NCBI GenBank assembly: GCA_026394015.1
Contig: JAPKZA010000237.1
Location: 13,586-77,585 of the forward strand
Origin: Acidobacteriota bacterium
Lineage (GTDB): Bacteria; Acidobacteriota; Terriglobia; Bryobacterales; Bryobacteraceae
Reading direction: 5' to 3'
Length of the DNA: 64,000 nucleotides
How positions within the stretch are numbered: the stretch's first letter is position 1; the number at the start of each line of letters is the position of its first letter. Shown in pieces: positions 54,320-63,897 of the stretch. A program made the translations under genes and the position numbers. Under the pieces are notes generated by a model. The model ran no database searches, was not told the origin of the DNA, and saw nothing but the letters and a program-made list of their open reading frames with translations.

Positions 54320-56213
54320 GGAAGAACTCCTCTACATCTTTGATCTCGGTCGTAAACGCGTAGTCCGGCAGGCTGTCGAAAAAAATCTGTCCATACCGCT
54401 GCCGCGTAATCCGATGGTCGAGCAGCGCCAGCACCCCACGGTCGGTCCGGCTCCGAATTAACCGCCCGAACCCCTGCTTCAACGCGATCGCCGCCTGTGG
54501 AATTTGATAATCGCGAAACGGTTCGCCGCCGCCTTTTTTGATCGCGTCCGTCCGTGCCGCCACCACCGGGTCCGAAGGCACCGCAAACGGCAGCTTGTCG
54601 ATGATCACGCAGCTCAACTGCTCGCCCTGCACGTCCACGCCCTGCCAAAACGACGACGTCGCAAATAGCACGCAGTTTTTCGTCCGCCGAAACTCTTCGA
54701 GCAGCGCGCTCCGTGGCCCCGTGCCCTGCAGCAACGTCGGGAAAAGGATGTCGAGCGAAACCCGGTCGTACAACTGCCGCATCGATTGGTAGCTCGTGCA
54801 CAGCACGAACGCCCGCCCCTGGCTGCATTCGAGCAGCTTCACAATCTCCTCCGCCGCCCGCGGCATGAAGTCCAAGCTCCGCGGGTCCGGCAGATGTTGC
54901 GGCACGTACAGCAACGCCTGCTCCGGGTATTGAAACGGGCTGCTCACGATCAACTGCCGCGCGTACGAAATCCCCAGCCGTTGCTGCACGAAATCGAACC
55001 CACCGGCCACCGCCAGCGTCGCGCTCGTCAGCGTCACCGACGGCACCTTGTCGAACAGCTTCTCCGTCAACAGTCCCGAGACATCAATCGGCGTCGCCTG
55101 CAAGAAAATCGCCCGATTCCGGCGCTCAATCCAGTACACAAAGTGCGCCACCCCGGCTTCCATCCAACTCTTCAGGTTGTCCGAAAGTCCCCTCACCCGC
55201 GTCGCCAGCGGGATCACCTCGCCCAGGTTCTCTTTCAGCAATTGCAACTGCACATGCACGGCTTCCAGCGCGCTCAGCACGTCCATGTAGGCGTCCGCGT
55301 TACGCTCGCGGAACTGCGCATGGTCCGCAAACCCCCGCCGGCCGTCCTGCGGCGGAAACAGCGAGAAAAAGAAATTCGCCGTCTCCTCCATCCCCGCCAA
55401 CATGCGGTCCAACTCCGGCCGCCCCATCTCTTTCCGTCGACACAACCCCGTGATATCCCGCCGAATCTCCCCAAACTGCAGGTTGCTCACCGACAAGCCA
55501 AAGTACTGCCCGGCCACGTCCTCGATCTCGTGCGCCTCATCGAACACCACCGCTTCATACTCCGGAATGATGCTCCCGAACTCGCCTTCCTTGATCGCCA
55601 AATCGGCGAAGAACAGATGGTGGTTTACGATGATGATGTCGCTCTCCGCCGCCCGCCGCTGCATCTGCGTGATGAAGCACCGATCAAACTGTTGACACTT
55701 CTGCCCCGTGCAAAGGTCCCGCCGCGCGTCGACCTTCGCCCACGCCGAGCTCGTCTCCGGCAGCGTCTTGATCTCCGCCCGGTCCCCGTGCTCGCTCGTC
55801 TTCTCCCACTCGCGGATGATCTGGAAATCCGCCACCTCTTCGAGCCCCGTCAACACCGGCTCTTTCTCGGCGTCGTAGATCCGCTGCCGGCACGCGTAAT
55901 TCGACCGGCCCTTCATGTAGCAAACCCGCAACTCTTGCTCGAAGTGCTGTTGCAGAAACGGAATGTCTTTGAAGAAAAGCTGCTCCTGCAGATTCTTCGT
56001 CCCCGTCGAAATCACCACCCGCTTGCCCGAAAAAATCGCGGGCACCAGATAGGCCAGCGTCTTTCCCGTCCCGGTCCCGGCCTCGACGAGAAGATGCCGC
56101 CGATCCGCCAGCGCCGTCTCCACCGCCTCGGCCATTTCCAACTGCCCGGCCCGATACTCATAGTGCGGATGCCACTGCGAGAGGGTGCCATTGCGCGAAA
56201 AAAACTTTCGCAC
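54312..56213 (-). CDS. dinG: ATP-dependent DNA helicase, DinG/XPD (Rad3) family
   Basis: Walker A is EAGTGTGKTLAY and the DEAH box is VFDEAHEIED. The C-terminal helicase motifs include FATSSFWQGVD and GRLIRS. The start is uncertain: GTG at 56213 or TTG at 56219. The first ~125 codons of the track ORF overlap the upstream gene and look non-coding. Confidence 0.8.
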   Translation of the reverse strand: MRKFFSRNGTLSQWHPHYEYRAGQLEMAEAVETALADRRHLLVEAGTGTGKTLAYLVPAIFSGKRVVISTGTKNLQEQLFFKDIPFLQQHFEQELRVCYMKGRSNYACRQRIYDAEKEPVLTGLEEVADFQIIREWEKTSEHGDRAEIKTLPETSSAWAKVDARRDLCTGQKCQQFDRCFITQMQRRAAESDIIIVNHHLFFADLAIKEGEFGSIIPEYEAVVFDEAHEIEDVAGQYFGLSVSNLQFGEIRRDITGLCRRKEMGRPELDRMLAGMEETANFFFSLFPPQDGRRGFADHAQFRERNADAYMDVLSALEAVHVQLQLLKENLGEVIPLATRVRGLSDNLKSWMEAGVAHFVYWIERRNRAIFLQATPIDVSGLLTEKLFDKVPSVTLTSATLAVAGGFDFVQQRLGISYARQLIVSSPFQYPEQALLYVPQHLPDPRSLDFMPRAAEEIVKLLECSQGRAFVLCTSYQSMRQLYDRVSLDILFPTLLQGTGPRSALLEEFRRTKNCVLFATSSFWQGVDVQGEQLSCVIIDKLPFAVPSDPVVAARTDAIKKGGGEPFRDYQIPQAAIALKQGFGRLIRSRTDRGVLALLDHRITRQRYGQIFFDSLPDYAFTTEIKDVEEFFRV

Positions 56214-56245
56214 CGACAACGAACGCGTCTTTTCCGGCGTGCCGT

Positions 56246-56860
56246 TCAACTCTTCAGTGTATCGGCCAGCGCGGCGAAAAGAGCACGGTGCGGCGCATGC
56301 GTCGCGACCAAGTCCTCGGGATGCCACTGTACCGCCAACGCAAATCGCTTCCCCGGCATCTCCGCCGCTTCGATCAGGTCGCCCGAACGCGCCGTCACCA
56401 CCAACCCTTCCCCCAACTCGTCCAATACCTGATGGTGCCGCGAATTCACCTCGAAATGCGTCTCCCCCGTCACCTGCGCCAGCCGCGACCCCGGCTCCAC
56501 GTCCACCGTGTGCATCACGTTCCGATGGTCGTCCACGTGCTGCTGCAGCGTCCCGCCGCAAGCGATGTTCAAAAGCTGCATCCCCCGGCAAATCGCCAGA
56601 ATCGGCAGATCCCGCTGCAACGCCGCCCAGGCCACATCGAGCTCATAGACGTCCCGTGCCGGGTCCAACTCGCCCAGCTGCGCGTCCGGCTCCTGGCCAT
56701 AATGCGCCGGGTCAATGTCGTTGCCGCCGCACAAAATCACGGCGTCGTATTCGTCCGCCCCCGGCCCCACCGGCTCCAACCCTACACTCCGCACGGCGTC
56801 GTAGTAGGGCTGCACCTTGTGCGCGTAGGCGTCGCTATAGGTCAATAAAACGCGCTTCAT
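56246..56860 (-). CDS. Class I glutamine amidotransferase-like / gamma-glutamyl-gamma-aminobutyrate hydrolase family (peptidase C26)
   Basis: Start at MKRVLLTYSD. The nucleophile motif is LAICRGMQLLN, and a histidine lies in VQWHPE. Confidence 0.8.
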   Translation of the reverse strand: MKRVLLTYSDAYAHKVQPYYDAVRSVGLEPVGPGADEYDAVILCGGNDIDPAHYGQEPDAQLGELDPARDVYELDVAWAALQRDLPILAICRGMQLLNIACGGTLQQHVDDHRNVMHTVDVEPGSRLAQVTGETHFEVNSRHHQVLDELGEGLVVTARSGDLIEAAEMPGKRFALAVQWHPEDLVATHAPHRALFAALADTLKS

Positions 56861-57021
56861 TTCTCGTCCGGCGCGATGATGCTGCTCACCTCGGCATCCC
56901 GCACTCCATACACTCTCTTCACCACCCGGCAAATCTCCCGACCCAGCCGTTGCGGCTGCTCTCCTTCCGGTAGGTCCACCACCACTTTGACGTAAATCTG
57001 CAACTGCGGCATAAAGCCCAT
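56857..57021 (-). CDS. Small ORF (54 aa) not in the track; tautomerase-like beta-alpha-beta pattern
   Basis: My own translation is MGFMPQLQIYVKVVVDLPEGEQPQRLGREICRVVKRVYGVRDAEVSSIIAPDEK*. Its stop overlaps the start of the amidotransferase gene (ATGA). It falls below the 60-aa track cutoff. Confidence 0.45.
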   Translation of the reverse strand: MGFMPQLQIYVKVVVDLPEGEQPQRLGREICRVVKRVYGVRDAEVSSIIAPDEK

Positions 57022-57036
57022 GATACTCTGGCCCTA

Positions 57037-57903
57037 ATGCAGCGCCGAAATTTCCTTGCCGCCGCGGCGCTTGCCCCAGCAGCCAACGCCGCCCCCGCTA
57101 ACCCCTACCGCCTCCGCTACGCCCCCCACGTTTCGAGCCGCGACGTCTCCTACGAACGCCAACTCGAAGTCTTCGCCGAGCAAGGCTTCACCGCTTTCGA
57201 GTTCAACGGCCTCCCCAAGCTGCCCGACTCCGAAATCATTGCTCTTGCCAAAACCAAAGAACGGCTCGGCCTCGCCATGGGCGTCTTCGTGATGAATCGC
57301 GGCGGCTGGAAGCCCAGCGCCCTCGTCGACCGTAAGTTCCACGCTGACTTCCTCGCCGACGTCAAACGCGCCGTCGAAATCCATAAAATCATCGGCAACG
57401 AATGCGCCACCGCAACGAGCGGCCTCGGCATCGATACCCTCTCCTACACCCAGCAAACGACCAACTGTATCGAAGCCCTCAAACGCGCCGGCGAGATCGT
57501 CGAAAAAGCGAAAATGGTCATCGTCCTCGAACCCCTCAACGTCCGCGTCGACCACGCCGGCTACTTCGTCGTCACCTCCAGCCACGGTGCCGAAATCATC
57601 GCGAACGTCAACCACCCCAACGTCAAACTCCTTTTCGACATGTATCACCAGCAAATCTCCGAAGGCAATCTCATCAACCACATCCGCCAGCACTACGCCC
57701 AAATCGGCTACATGCAGGTCGGCGACGTCCCCGGCCGCAAGGAGCCCGGCACCGGAGAAATCAACTATTTGAACGTGTTCAAATCCATCCACGCGCTCGG
57801 CTACGAGGCCATTCTCGGCATGGAGCACGGCTGGACCAAGCCCGGCATCGACGGCATGGTGGAAGGCTTCGCCCAATACCGCAAGGCGGATAGCTGGACG
57901 TGA
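57037..57903 (+). CDS. Xylose isomerase-like TIM-barrel protein (hydroxypyruvate isomerase family) with a Tat-like signal
   Basis: The N-terminus is MQRRNFLAAAALAPAANA. VIVLEPLN, FDMYHQQISEGNL and GMEHG are present. Confidence 0.8.
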   Translation: MQRRNFLAAAALAPAANAAPANPYRLRYAPHVSSRDVSYERQLEVFAEQGFTAFEFNGLPKLPDSEIIALAKTKERLGLAMGVFVMNRGGWKPSALVDRKFHADFLADVKRAVEIHKIIGNECATATSGLGIDTLSYTQQTTNCIEALKRAGEIVEKAKMVIVLEPLNVRVDHAGYFVVTSSHGAEIIANVNHPNVKLLFDMYHQQISEGNLINHIRQHYAQIGYMQVGDVPGRKEPGTGEINYLNVFKSIHALGYEAILGMEHGWTKPGIDGMVEGFAQYRKADSWT

Positions 57904-58490
57904 GCTGCCCCGTTTGTCGCATCCGTAAACCCAAGCGCCCCTGCCCCGCGCTCAATGCCGATATCTGCTCCCAATGCTGCGGCGAGGGCAGGGAACACAC
58001 CATCTCCTGCCCCCTCGATTGCGAGTTTCTGCTCGAAGCCCGCCAGCACGAAAAGCTCGTCCCCATGACCGCCGCGGAGTCGCCCCACCCCGACGTCGAA
58101 GTCACCGAGCAATTCCTGCTCCAATACCAAACCCAGCTGATCCTGCTCACGAACGCCGTTTTTGTCAGCTCCGTGAGTACCCCGAATTCCAACGACTCCC
58201 ACATCCGCGCCGCCCTCAACGCAATCATTCTCGCCCGTTGCGAGGAACCCCTTCCCGCGATCTCCCCCGAAGCCCAAAGCATCGTCGCCCACTTCGCGGA
58301 AAACCTCGAAAAGCTCCGCAAAGGCCTCACTGACGACGCCCGCGCCCGTTTTTGGAACGATGCCATTCTGCTCCAACTCCTGGTTTTTTTGCACCGCCTG
58401 GCCGTAGGGCGCGACAATGGAAGAATCCGGGGACGGGCCTTCACCGCCTTCCTCGAAGATCACTTTAAAAAGACAATGGGAGGCGGATGA
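57900..58490 (+). CDS. Cysteine-rich hypothetical protein (196 aa)
   Basis: A GTG start overlaps the upstream stop. The N-terminal cluster reads CPVCRIRKPKRPCPALNADICSQCCGEGREHTISCPLDC. The stop overlaps the cbiX start. Confidence 0.6.
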   Translation: MSCPVCRIRKPKRPCPALNADICSQCCGEGREHTISCPLDCEFLLEARQHEKLVPMTAAESPHPDVEVTEQFLLQYQTQLILLTNAVFVSSVSTPNSNDSHIRAALNAIILARCEEPLPAISPEAQSIVAHFAENLEKLRKGLTDDARARFWNDAILLQLLVFLHRLAVGRDNGRIRGRAFTAFLEDHFKKTMGGG

Positions 58491-58858
58491 ACGACGTAGG
58501 AATCATTCTGTTTGGTCACGGATCGCGGGTACCCGAAGCGAACCAATCCGTGATGGCGGTCACCGAAGCGATGCGTGAACGCGGCGGCTACCCCCTCACC
58601 GGGACCGCGTTCCTCGAACTCGCCGAGCCCGACCTGCCCCAGGCCGTCGCCGCCCTCGTAGCGCAAGGGGCCCATCGAATCCTCGTCATCCCCTACTTCC
58701 TCACCCTCGGCATCCATCTCCGCCGAGACCTGCCCCGCATCGTAGAGGATCTCGAAAGCATCCATCCAGGTGTGACGATTCAAGTCACCGAACCCCTCGA
58801 TGGCCATCCGGCGCTGCTCGACATCGTCATGGCCCGCACCGCCGCCGCTCTCGCCTAA
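58487..58858 (+). CDS. cbiX: CbiX/SirB-type sirohydrochlorin chelatase (short form)
   Basis: GIILFGHGSRVPEANQ and ILVIPYFLTLGIHLRRDLP match the short CbiX form. Confidence 0.8.
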   Translation: MNDVGIILFGHGSRVPEANQSVMAVTEAMRERGGYPLTGTAFLELAEPDLPQAVAALVAQGAHRILVIPYFLTLGIHLRRDLPRIVEDLESIHPGVTIQVTEPLDGHPALLDIVMARTAAALA

Positions 58859-58864
58859 CCTGCC

Positions 58865-59557
58865 ATGAAAGCCGAACTCATCAACTCCGTCGCCCTTGCC
58901 CCTGATATCCGCCAGTTCCACTTCTCCGTTCCTGAACTCGACGCCCTCAAATTTCTCCCTGGCCAGTTCGTTTCCCTCTCGGAGACTTTCGGCGAAAAGA
59001 AGGTCACCCGGGCCTACTCCATCGCCTCCCTCCCGGACGGCAGCAAAACCTTCTCCATCTGCCTGAACCGCGTTTCCGACGGCATCTTCTCGCCCCATCT
59101 GTTCGCGCTGAAGCCCGGGGAAACGGTGGATATGAAGGGCCCGCTCGGCGTTTTCGTCTGGAAGCCCGAACGCGCCTACTCCGTCATGGTCGCCACCGGC
59201 ACCGGCATCGTCCCCTATCGGCCCATGCTCCTCGAAGCCCTCCGCCAAGGGGCTACCGAAAAATTCACCCTGATCTACGGCACCCGCCACCCGGAAAATC
59301 TGCTCTACGTCGACGAGTTCCGCGCCCTCGCCGAGCAGCACCCCAACTTCACGTTTATCCCCACCGTCACCCGCCCCACCGAAGCCTGGTCCGGCGCCAC
59401 CGGTCGCGTCCAGTCCCACGTCCTCGAAGCCATCGGCGACCGCCGCGACATCCACCTCTACGCCTGCGGCCTCAAAGAAATGGTCGACAGCGTCCGCGAG
59501 ATCGGCAAGGAACTCGGCTTCGATCGCAAGCAGATCGTCTTCGAGAAGTACGACTAA
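58865..59557 (+). CDS. Ferredoxin-NADP reductase-like FAD/NAD(P)-binding oxidoreductase
   Basis: The FAD motif is RAYSIAS and the NAD(P) motif is MVATGTGIVPYRPML. The C-terminus includes YACGLKEMV. Confidence 0.8.
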   Translation: MKAELINSVALAPDIRQFHFSVPELDALKFLPGQFVSLSETFGEKKVTRAYSIASLPDGSKTFSICLNRVSDGIFSPHLFALKPGETVDMKGPLGVFVWKPERAYSVMVATGTGIVPYRPMLLEALRQGATEKFTLIYGTRHPENLLYVDEFRALAEQHPNFTFIPTVTRPTEAWSGATGRVQSHVLEAIGDRRDIHLYACGLKEMVDSVREIGKELGFDRKQIVFEKYD

Positions 59558-59572
59558 GTAAGATAGAAGAAC

Positions 59573-59806
59573 ATGAATTCGCGCTTCGCCATGGCCGCCG
59601 GCGGCGTCGGGATCGTTTTCCTGGTCACCCTGGCTCTCGCCTTTGCCTTAATGCCCGGGCCTCACACCCGCACCGACTATCTCGTCATCGGTGCCATCGC
59701 CACTTTCGTTTCGATGTTCGTCCTTTTCTTCGTCCTTATCCACGGATGGGTGAAGGGCGGCCAAATCTTCTCGAAAACCCGCCCTCCGAACAAAACCGAC
59801 GACTAA
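59573..59806 (+). CDS. Small membrane protein (77 aa, 2 TM helices)
   Basis: It has two hydrophobic helices: GGVGIVFLVTLALAFALM and LVIGAIATFVSMFVLFFVLI. Confidence 0.5.
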   Translation: MNSRFAMAAGGVGIVFLVTLALAFALMPGPHTRTDYLVIGAIATFVSMFVLFFVLIHGWVKGGQIFSKTRPPNKTDD

Positions 59807-60735
59807 GCCGACAAGACCCGCAATTCCACCCGACTGTAGATCTGTTGCGTCTGGTGCAGATTCGCAAACGAAATCCCCGGCAACGCCGCCGAGGCCGTCC
59901 CCGCCGCCACGCCCCAACGCACCGCCTCTTCAAACGGCTTGCCTTCCGAGATCGCCCATGTAAACGCCGCCGCCAGCGCATCGCCCGCGCCAATCGGACA
60001 CACCGCGTCGATCAGCGGCGGCACCGCCTCGACGAGCACGCTCTCCGATGCGCCCACCGCCCCCCGGCTACCCAGCGACAGCACCACCCACTTGGCCCCC
60101 ATCGCCACGATCCGCCGCGCCGCATCCTGAAAATGCTGCCGCGTAATCAACGCCCGGTTCAATAGCCGCTCCGCCTCCGCCTGATTTGGCGCCACCGCCG
60201 ACGGCCCCACTTCCAGCCCATGCAATAACGCATCGCCATCGGTATCCAGCAGCGTCGGCACGTTCCGCTGCTGCGCCTGCCGAATGATGCGAGCGTAAAA
60301 ATCCGCCGGCACCCCCGGTGGCAAACTGCCGCACAGCATCAGCCACCGAGCGCCGTTCAGGTTCTCGACGACTGTCTTCTCGAACTTGGCCAACTCCGCC
60401 GCGTGAAACAGCGGACCCCGCTCATTCAGCTTCACCGCCAGCCCTTGCTTGTCCACAATCGTCAGGTTCCCCCGCAGATTGTTCTTGATCTTGACGTACT
60501 CCACCGGAAAGCCTTCCTGCTGCATCAGCTCTTCAAAGCGTTTCCCGTTCTTCCCGCCCGAAGCTGTTATCGCCTTTGTCTGGGCCCCAAACGAGTGCAG
60601 CACCATCGACGCATTAATCCCCCGGCCCCCGGCCGTTTCATTGGCCGAAAGGATGTAGGCGCGATCTTCAAACACCAAACGGTCCGCCTGGACGTTTTGG
60701 TCAATTGCCGGATTCAATGTCAGCGTTAGAATCAA
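59803..60735 (-). CDS. PfkB-family hexose-phosphate kinase (1-phosphofructokinase/tagatose-6-P kinase type)
   Basis: The N-terminus is TLTLNPAIDQ, with GGRGINAS following. The C-terminus has GAGDALAAAF. Confidence 0.85.
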   Translation of the reverse strand: MILTLTLNPAIDQNVQADRLVFEDRAYILSANETAGGRGINASMVLHSFGAQTKAITASGGKNGKRFEELMQQEGFPVEYVKIKNNLRGNLTIVDKQGLAVKLNERGPLFHAAELAKFEKTVVENLNGARWLMLCGSLPPGVPADFYARIIRQAQQRNVPTLLDTDGDALLHGLEVGPSAVAPNQAEAERLLNRALITRQHFQDAARRIVAMGAKWVVLSLGSRGAVGASESVLVEAVPPLIDAVCPIGAGDALAAAFTWAISEGKPFEEAVRWGVAAGTASAALPGISFANLHQTQQIYSRVELRVLSA

Positions 60736-60781
60736 ACTCCTATTCTAAAGCCTTTTCGCCCCAACTAAGCTACGGTAGAAG

Positions 60782-61720
60782 ATGGGCTCCCGTTCTCATT
60801 TGCTCCCTTACGCCGCCCTCGGAGCCGTCTGCTTCTTCTGGGGCACCACCTATTTGGCCATTCGCATGGCCCTCGAATCGTTCCCGCCTCTCATCCTGAT
60901 GGCGTCCCGGTTCCTGCTCTCCGGCTCCATTCTGCTCCTGTGGGCCTGGCATAAGGGCCTCGCATTCCCCACGGGGGCCGCCCTGCTCCGCACCAGTTGC
61001 GTAGGGTTGATGCTCCTCGGCGTCGCCAACACCTGCCTCACCTACAGCGAAACGCTCATCCCCAGCGGCCTCGCCGCCCTCTTCCTCACGACGGCCCCCT
61101 TCTGGCTCGTGGGCCTTGAGGCCCTCGTCCCCGGCGGCGACAAGCTAACCTGGGCCACCACCATCGGTCTCGCCATCGGCCTCTGCGGCACCGCGCTCCT
61201 CGTGGTCCCCGGCTCCGGCGACCTCGCGATGTCCGCCGCCGTCGGCACCGGATTTCTCATTCTCCAGGTCGGCAGCTTCTTCTGGAACGCCGGGTCCATC
61301 CTCCAGCGCCGCTGGAAAACCGATACCCACCCCGTCCTCACCGGCGCCATCCAACAAATGGCCGTCGGCCTCGTCTGCCTCGTCTTCGCCCTCGCCGTGC
61401 CCCAAAAGCCCATCCACTGGACCTCGAACGGCGTCGCCGGCGTCGCTTGGCTCGTCACCTTCGGCTCCATCGTCGCCTACAGCGCTTACATCTACGCGCT
61501 CGAAACCCTGCCCATCTCGCTCGTTTCCATCTATACCTATATCAACCCCGTCGTCGCCGTCAGCCTCGGAAGCCTGTTCTACGACGAACCCTTCGGCTTC
61601 AAGGAGCTAACGGCCATGCTCGTCATCTTCCTGGGCGTCGGCGTCGTGAAACGCTTTAGCCATCCTTCTCAAACACCTTCGCCGCCAGCACCCCGCCCAG
61701 CGACGGAAGAATTGTCGTAA
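60782..61720 (+). CDS. EamA/DMT-family transporter
   Basis: It has ten hydrophobic segments with duplicated EamA-like halves (FFWGTTYLAIRMAL ...). Confidence 0.8.
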   Translation: MGSRSHLLPYAALGAVCFFWGTTYLAIRMALESFPPLILMASRFLLSGSILLLWAWHKGLAFPTGAALLRTSCVGLMLLGVANTCLTYSETLIPSGLAALFLTTAPFWLVGLEALVPGGDKLTWATTIGLAIGLCGTALLVVPGSGDLAMSAAVGTGFLILQVGSFFWNAGSILQRRWKTDTHPVLTGAIQQMAVGLVCLVFALAVPQKPIHWTSNGVAGVAWLVTFGSIVAYSAYIYALETLPISLVSIYTYINPVVAVSLGSLFYDEPFGFKELTAMLVIFLGVGVVKRFSHPSQTPSPPAPRPATEELS

Positions 61721-62339
61721 CCCCAAACAAAATCGCGATCACCAGCAAAATCAGCAACGCAAAGCTCGTCGGCTGCTTCATCACTTCCACCGCCTGCTCG
61801 ATCCCCGGGTCGTTCCCGCCCTGCAGTCGCATCTGTTCGGTCCAAGCGCTGATCAAATCCCCATTCGACGAAATCGCCACCATCGCCATCGTCAAAACCA
61901 CCAGCGTCAGTACAAAAGCGAACACGCCCGTGATCCAGCCAATCCGCGCGCCGCTTTTTACCGTCATCGGCTGCCCCGTCCAGCGCCGATAAAATACGAC
62001 AGAAAGGAACCCGCCCGCCACCAGGATCACCACCCGCCACAGCAGCGCCGCCGCAAACGGCAGCGGCACCGTCGAAAAAAAGAAAATTAACGAGGCGGTA
62101 AACAGCGACGCTCGTATCGCCTTCCCGTTATGGAAGTCGATCGGCAGCACGGCTTCCACGACCGGCGGAGGTGGTGGGGCCGCCGCTATCGCCGCGGCCT
62201 CCACCTCTTCCGCCGCAACCTCTTCAAACAAAGGCTTGCCGCACTTATGGCAAAACCGCGCGTCCGTGGGCAACTGCGCGCCGCAATTACAAAATTCTGG
62301 CACTGCTTTAGTTTCCGCCACATTTACTAGATGCCGCAA
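61656..62339 (-). CDS. Zinc-ribbon domain membrane protein
   Basis: The N-terminus reads CNCGAQLPTDARFCHKCGKPLF and is followed by four TM helices. Confidence 0.65.
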   Translation of the reverse strand: MRHLVNVAETKAVPEFCNCGAQLPTDARFCHKCGKPLFEEVAAEEVEAAAIAAAPPPPPVVEAVLPIDFHNGKAIRASLFTASLIFFFSTVPLPFAAALLWRVVILVAGGFLSVVFYRRWTGQPMTVKSGARIGWITGVFAFVLTLVVLTMAMVAISSNGDLISAWTEQMRLQGGNDPGIEQAVEVMKQPTSFALLILLVIAILFGVTTILPSLGGVLAAKVFEKDG

Positions 62340-62362
62340 CCGTCATGATACGGTGTTAGAAC

Positions 62363-63331
62363 ATGTCCCCACTGACCCTGCTGGTCGTATCCAACCCGGC
62401 CGCCCCCTACCTGAAGGTCCTGGACCAACTTCCCGCCGGCATCGAAATGGCTATCGGCAACACGCTCGAAGCCTTCGCCCCGCTCGGCGACCGTGCCGAC
62501 GTCGTTCTTTATTGCATGAACGCCGGCATGAAACTCGAAACAGCCTGGCCCCTGGCACCTAACGCCCGCTGGATCCATTCCATGTCCGCCGGCCTCGAAT
62601 CCACCCTCTTCCCCGCGCTTGTCGAAAGCTCGATCCCCATGACCAACGCCCGCGGCGTCTTTAAGGAATCGCTCGGCGAGTTCGCCATTGCGTCCATCTT
62701 CCATTTTGCCAAGGATCTCCGCCGCATGGTCCGCAACCAGGAAGCCGCCCGCTGGGAGCAGTTCGACGTTGAAATGGTCACCGGAAAAACGCTCGGTGTC
62801 GTCGGCTACGGCGAAATCGGCCGCGCCGCCGCCGTCCGCGCCCAGGCCCTCGGCATGAAGGTCCACGCCATCCGCCGCCGCCCCGAACTGTCGAGCGACG
62901 ATCCGATTGTGGCAAAGAGCTTCGCCATCGCCGACCGCGCCGCCATGCTCGCCGACTGCGACTACGTCCTGCTCGCCGCCCCGCTAACGGACGAAACTCG
63001 CGGCCTCATCGGCCCCGCCGAAATCGCCGCCATGAAGCCTTCCGCTGTCGTCATCAACTTGGGCCGCGGCCCGGTCATCGACGAGGCCACCCTGGTCGCC
63101 GCCCTCAAGGCCGGCAAGATCCGTGGTGCCGCTCTCGACGTATTTGATGTAGAGCCATTGCCCGCCGACCACCCCTTCTGGACCATGGAGAACGTGCTGA
63201 TCTCGCCCCACTGCGCCGACCATACGGCAACGTGGACCGAGGAAGCCATGGAACTCTTCGTCGAGAACTTCCACCGCTTCAGCAAGGGCGAACCGCTCCA
63301 CAATCTCGTCGATAAGCGCAGCGGCTACTAG
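62363..63331 (+). CDS. D-2-hydroxyacid dehydrogenase family (NAD-binding)
   Basis: GVVGYGEIGRAAAVRAQALGMKV, INLGRGPVIDE and SPHCADHT are present. Confidence 0.85.
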   Translation: MSPLTLLVVSNPAAPYLKVLDQLPAGIEMAIGNTLEAFAPLGDRADVVLYCMNAGMKLETAWPLAPNARWIHSMSAGLESTLFPALVESSIPMTNARGVFKESLGEFAIASIFHFAKDLRRMVRNQEAARWEQFDVEMVTGKTLGVVGYGEIGRAAAVRAQALGMKVHAIRRRPELSSDDPIVAKSFAIADRAAMLADCDYVLLAAPLTDETRGLIGPAEIAAMKPSAVVINLGRGPVIDEATLVAALKAGKIRGAALDVFDVEPLPADHPFWTMENVLISPHCADHTATWTEEAMELFVENFHRFSKGEPLHNLVDKRSGY

Positions 63332-63879
63332 CCTTTGAGCGTGGCCACGAAGGCGGCGATGCGCCGAGCGCGCGTTTCCGCCTTCTTCGCCGTCTGCAAT
63401 CGAAACAGAATCGAGTACCGATTCATGCTGCTTAACGCCGCATAGGCCGCGGTCGCTTTGGGGCTCTCCACCAACGCCGCGAGTAGTTCGGGAGGCGCAG
63501 CGGCCGTCTTCGGCGAGTCGTACGCCGCATCCCAACGCCCGTCGGCTTGGGCGCGCTCCACCTCGGCCATCCCCGCCGGCCGCATTCTTCCGGCGGCGAT
63601 CAACGCGGCGACCTTCTCCCGGTTGATCTTCGACCAGATGCTCCGCTTCCCTCGTGGCGTATAGCGTTGTCGATAGGCGGTCTCCGATTCACTCATCACT
63701 TTGCCATCGATCCAGCCATAACAAAGCGCGGCATCGACCGCTTCCGGGTACGAAACGCTCGCCAACCCCGAGCCCTTCTTTGCGAAACGAAGCCAAATCC
63801 CGGTCGAGGTGGTTCCGTTCTCCTCTAACCAATCCAGAAACGCCTGCTGCGTCGAAAAGCTATTGACAGGAAAATCCAC
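63328..63879 (-). CDS. YdeI/OmpD-associated family protein
   Basis: GIWLRFAKKGSG...AVDAALCYGWIDG...RSIWSKINREKV matches this family. Confidence 0.75.
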   Translation of the reverse strand: MDFPVNSFSTQQAFLDWLEENGTTSTGIWLRFAKKGSGLASVSYPEAVDAALCYGWIDGKVMSESETAYRQRYTPRGKRSIWSKINREKVAALIAAGRMRPAGMAEVERAQADGRWDAAYDSPKTAAAPPELLAALVESPKATAAYAALSSMNRYSILFRLQTAKKAETRARRIAAFVATLKG

Positions 63880-63897
63880 AGGACTAGAATAAGGCCA

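Noticed and set aside
54786-56973. 548-aa and 262-aa + ORFs
   Set aside because: They are Arg/Pro-rich shadows of the helicase and amidotransferase genes.
57034-59455. 280-aa and 331-aa minus ORFs
   Set aside because: They are Gly/Asp/Glu/Val-rich shadows of the + strand isomerase, Cys-rich, cbiX and FNR genes.
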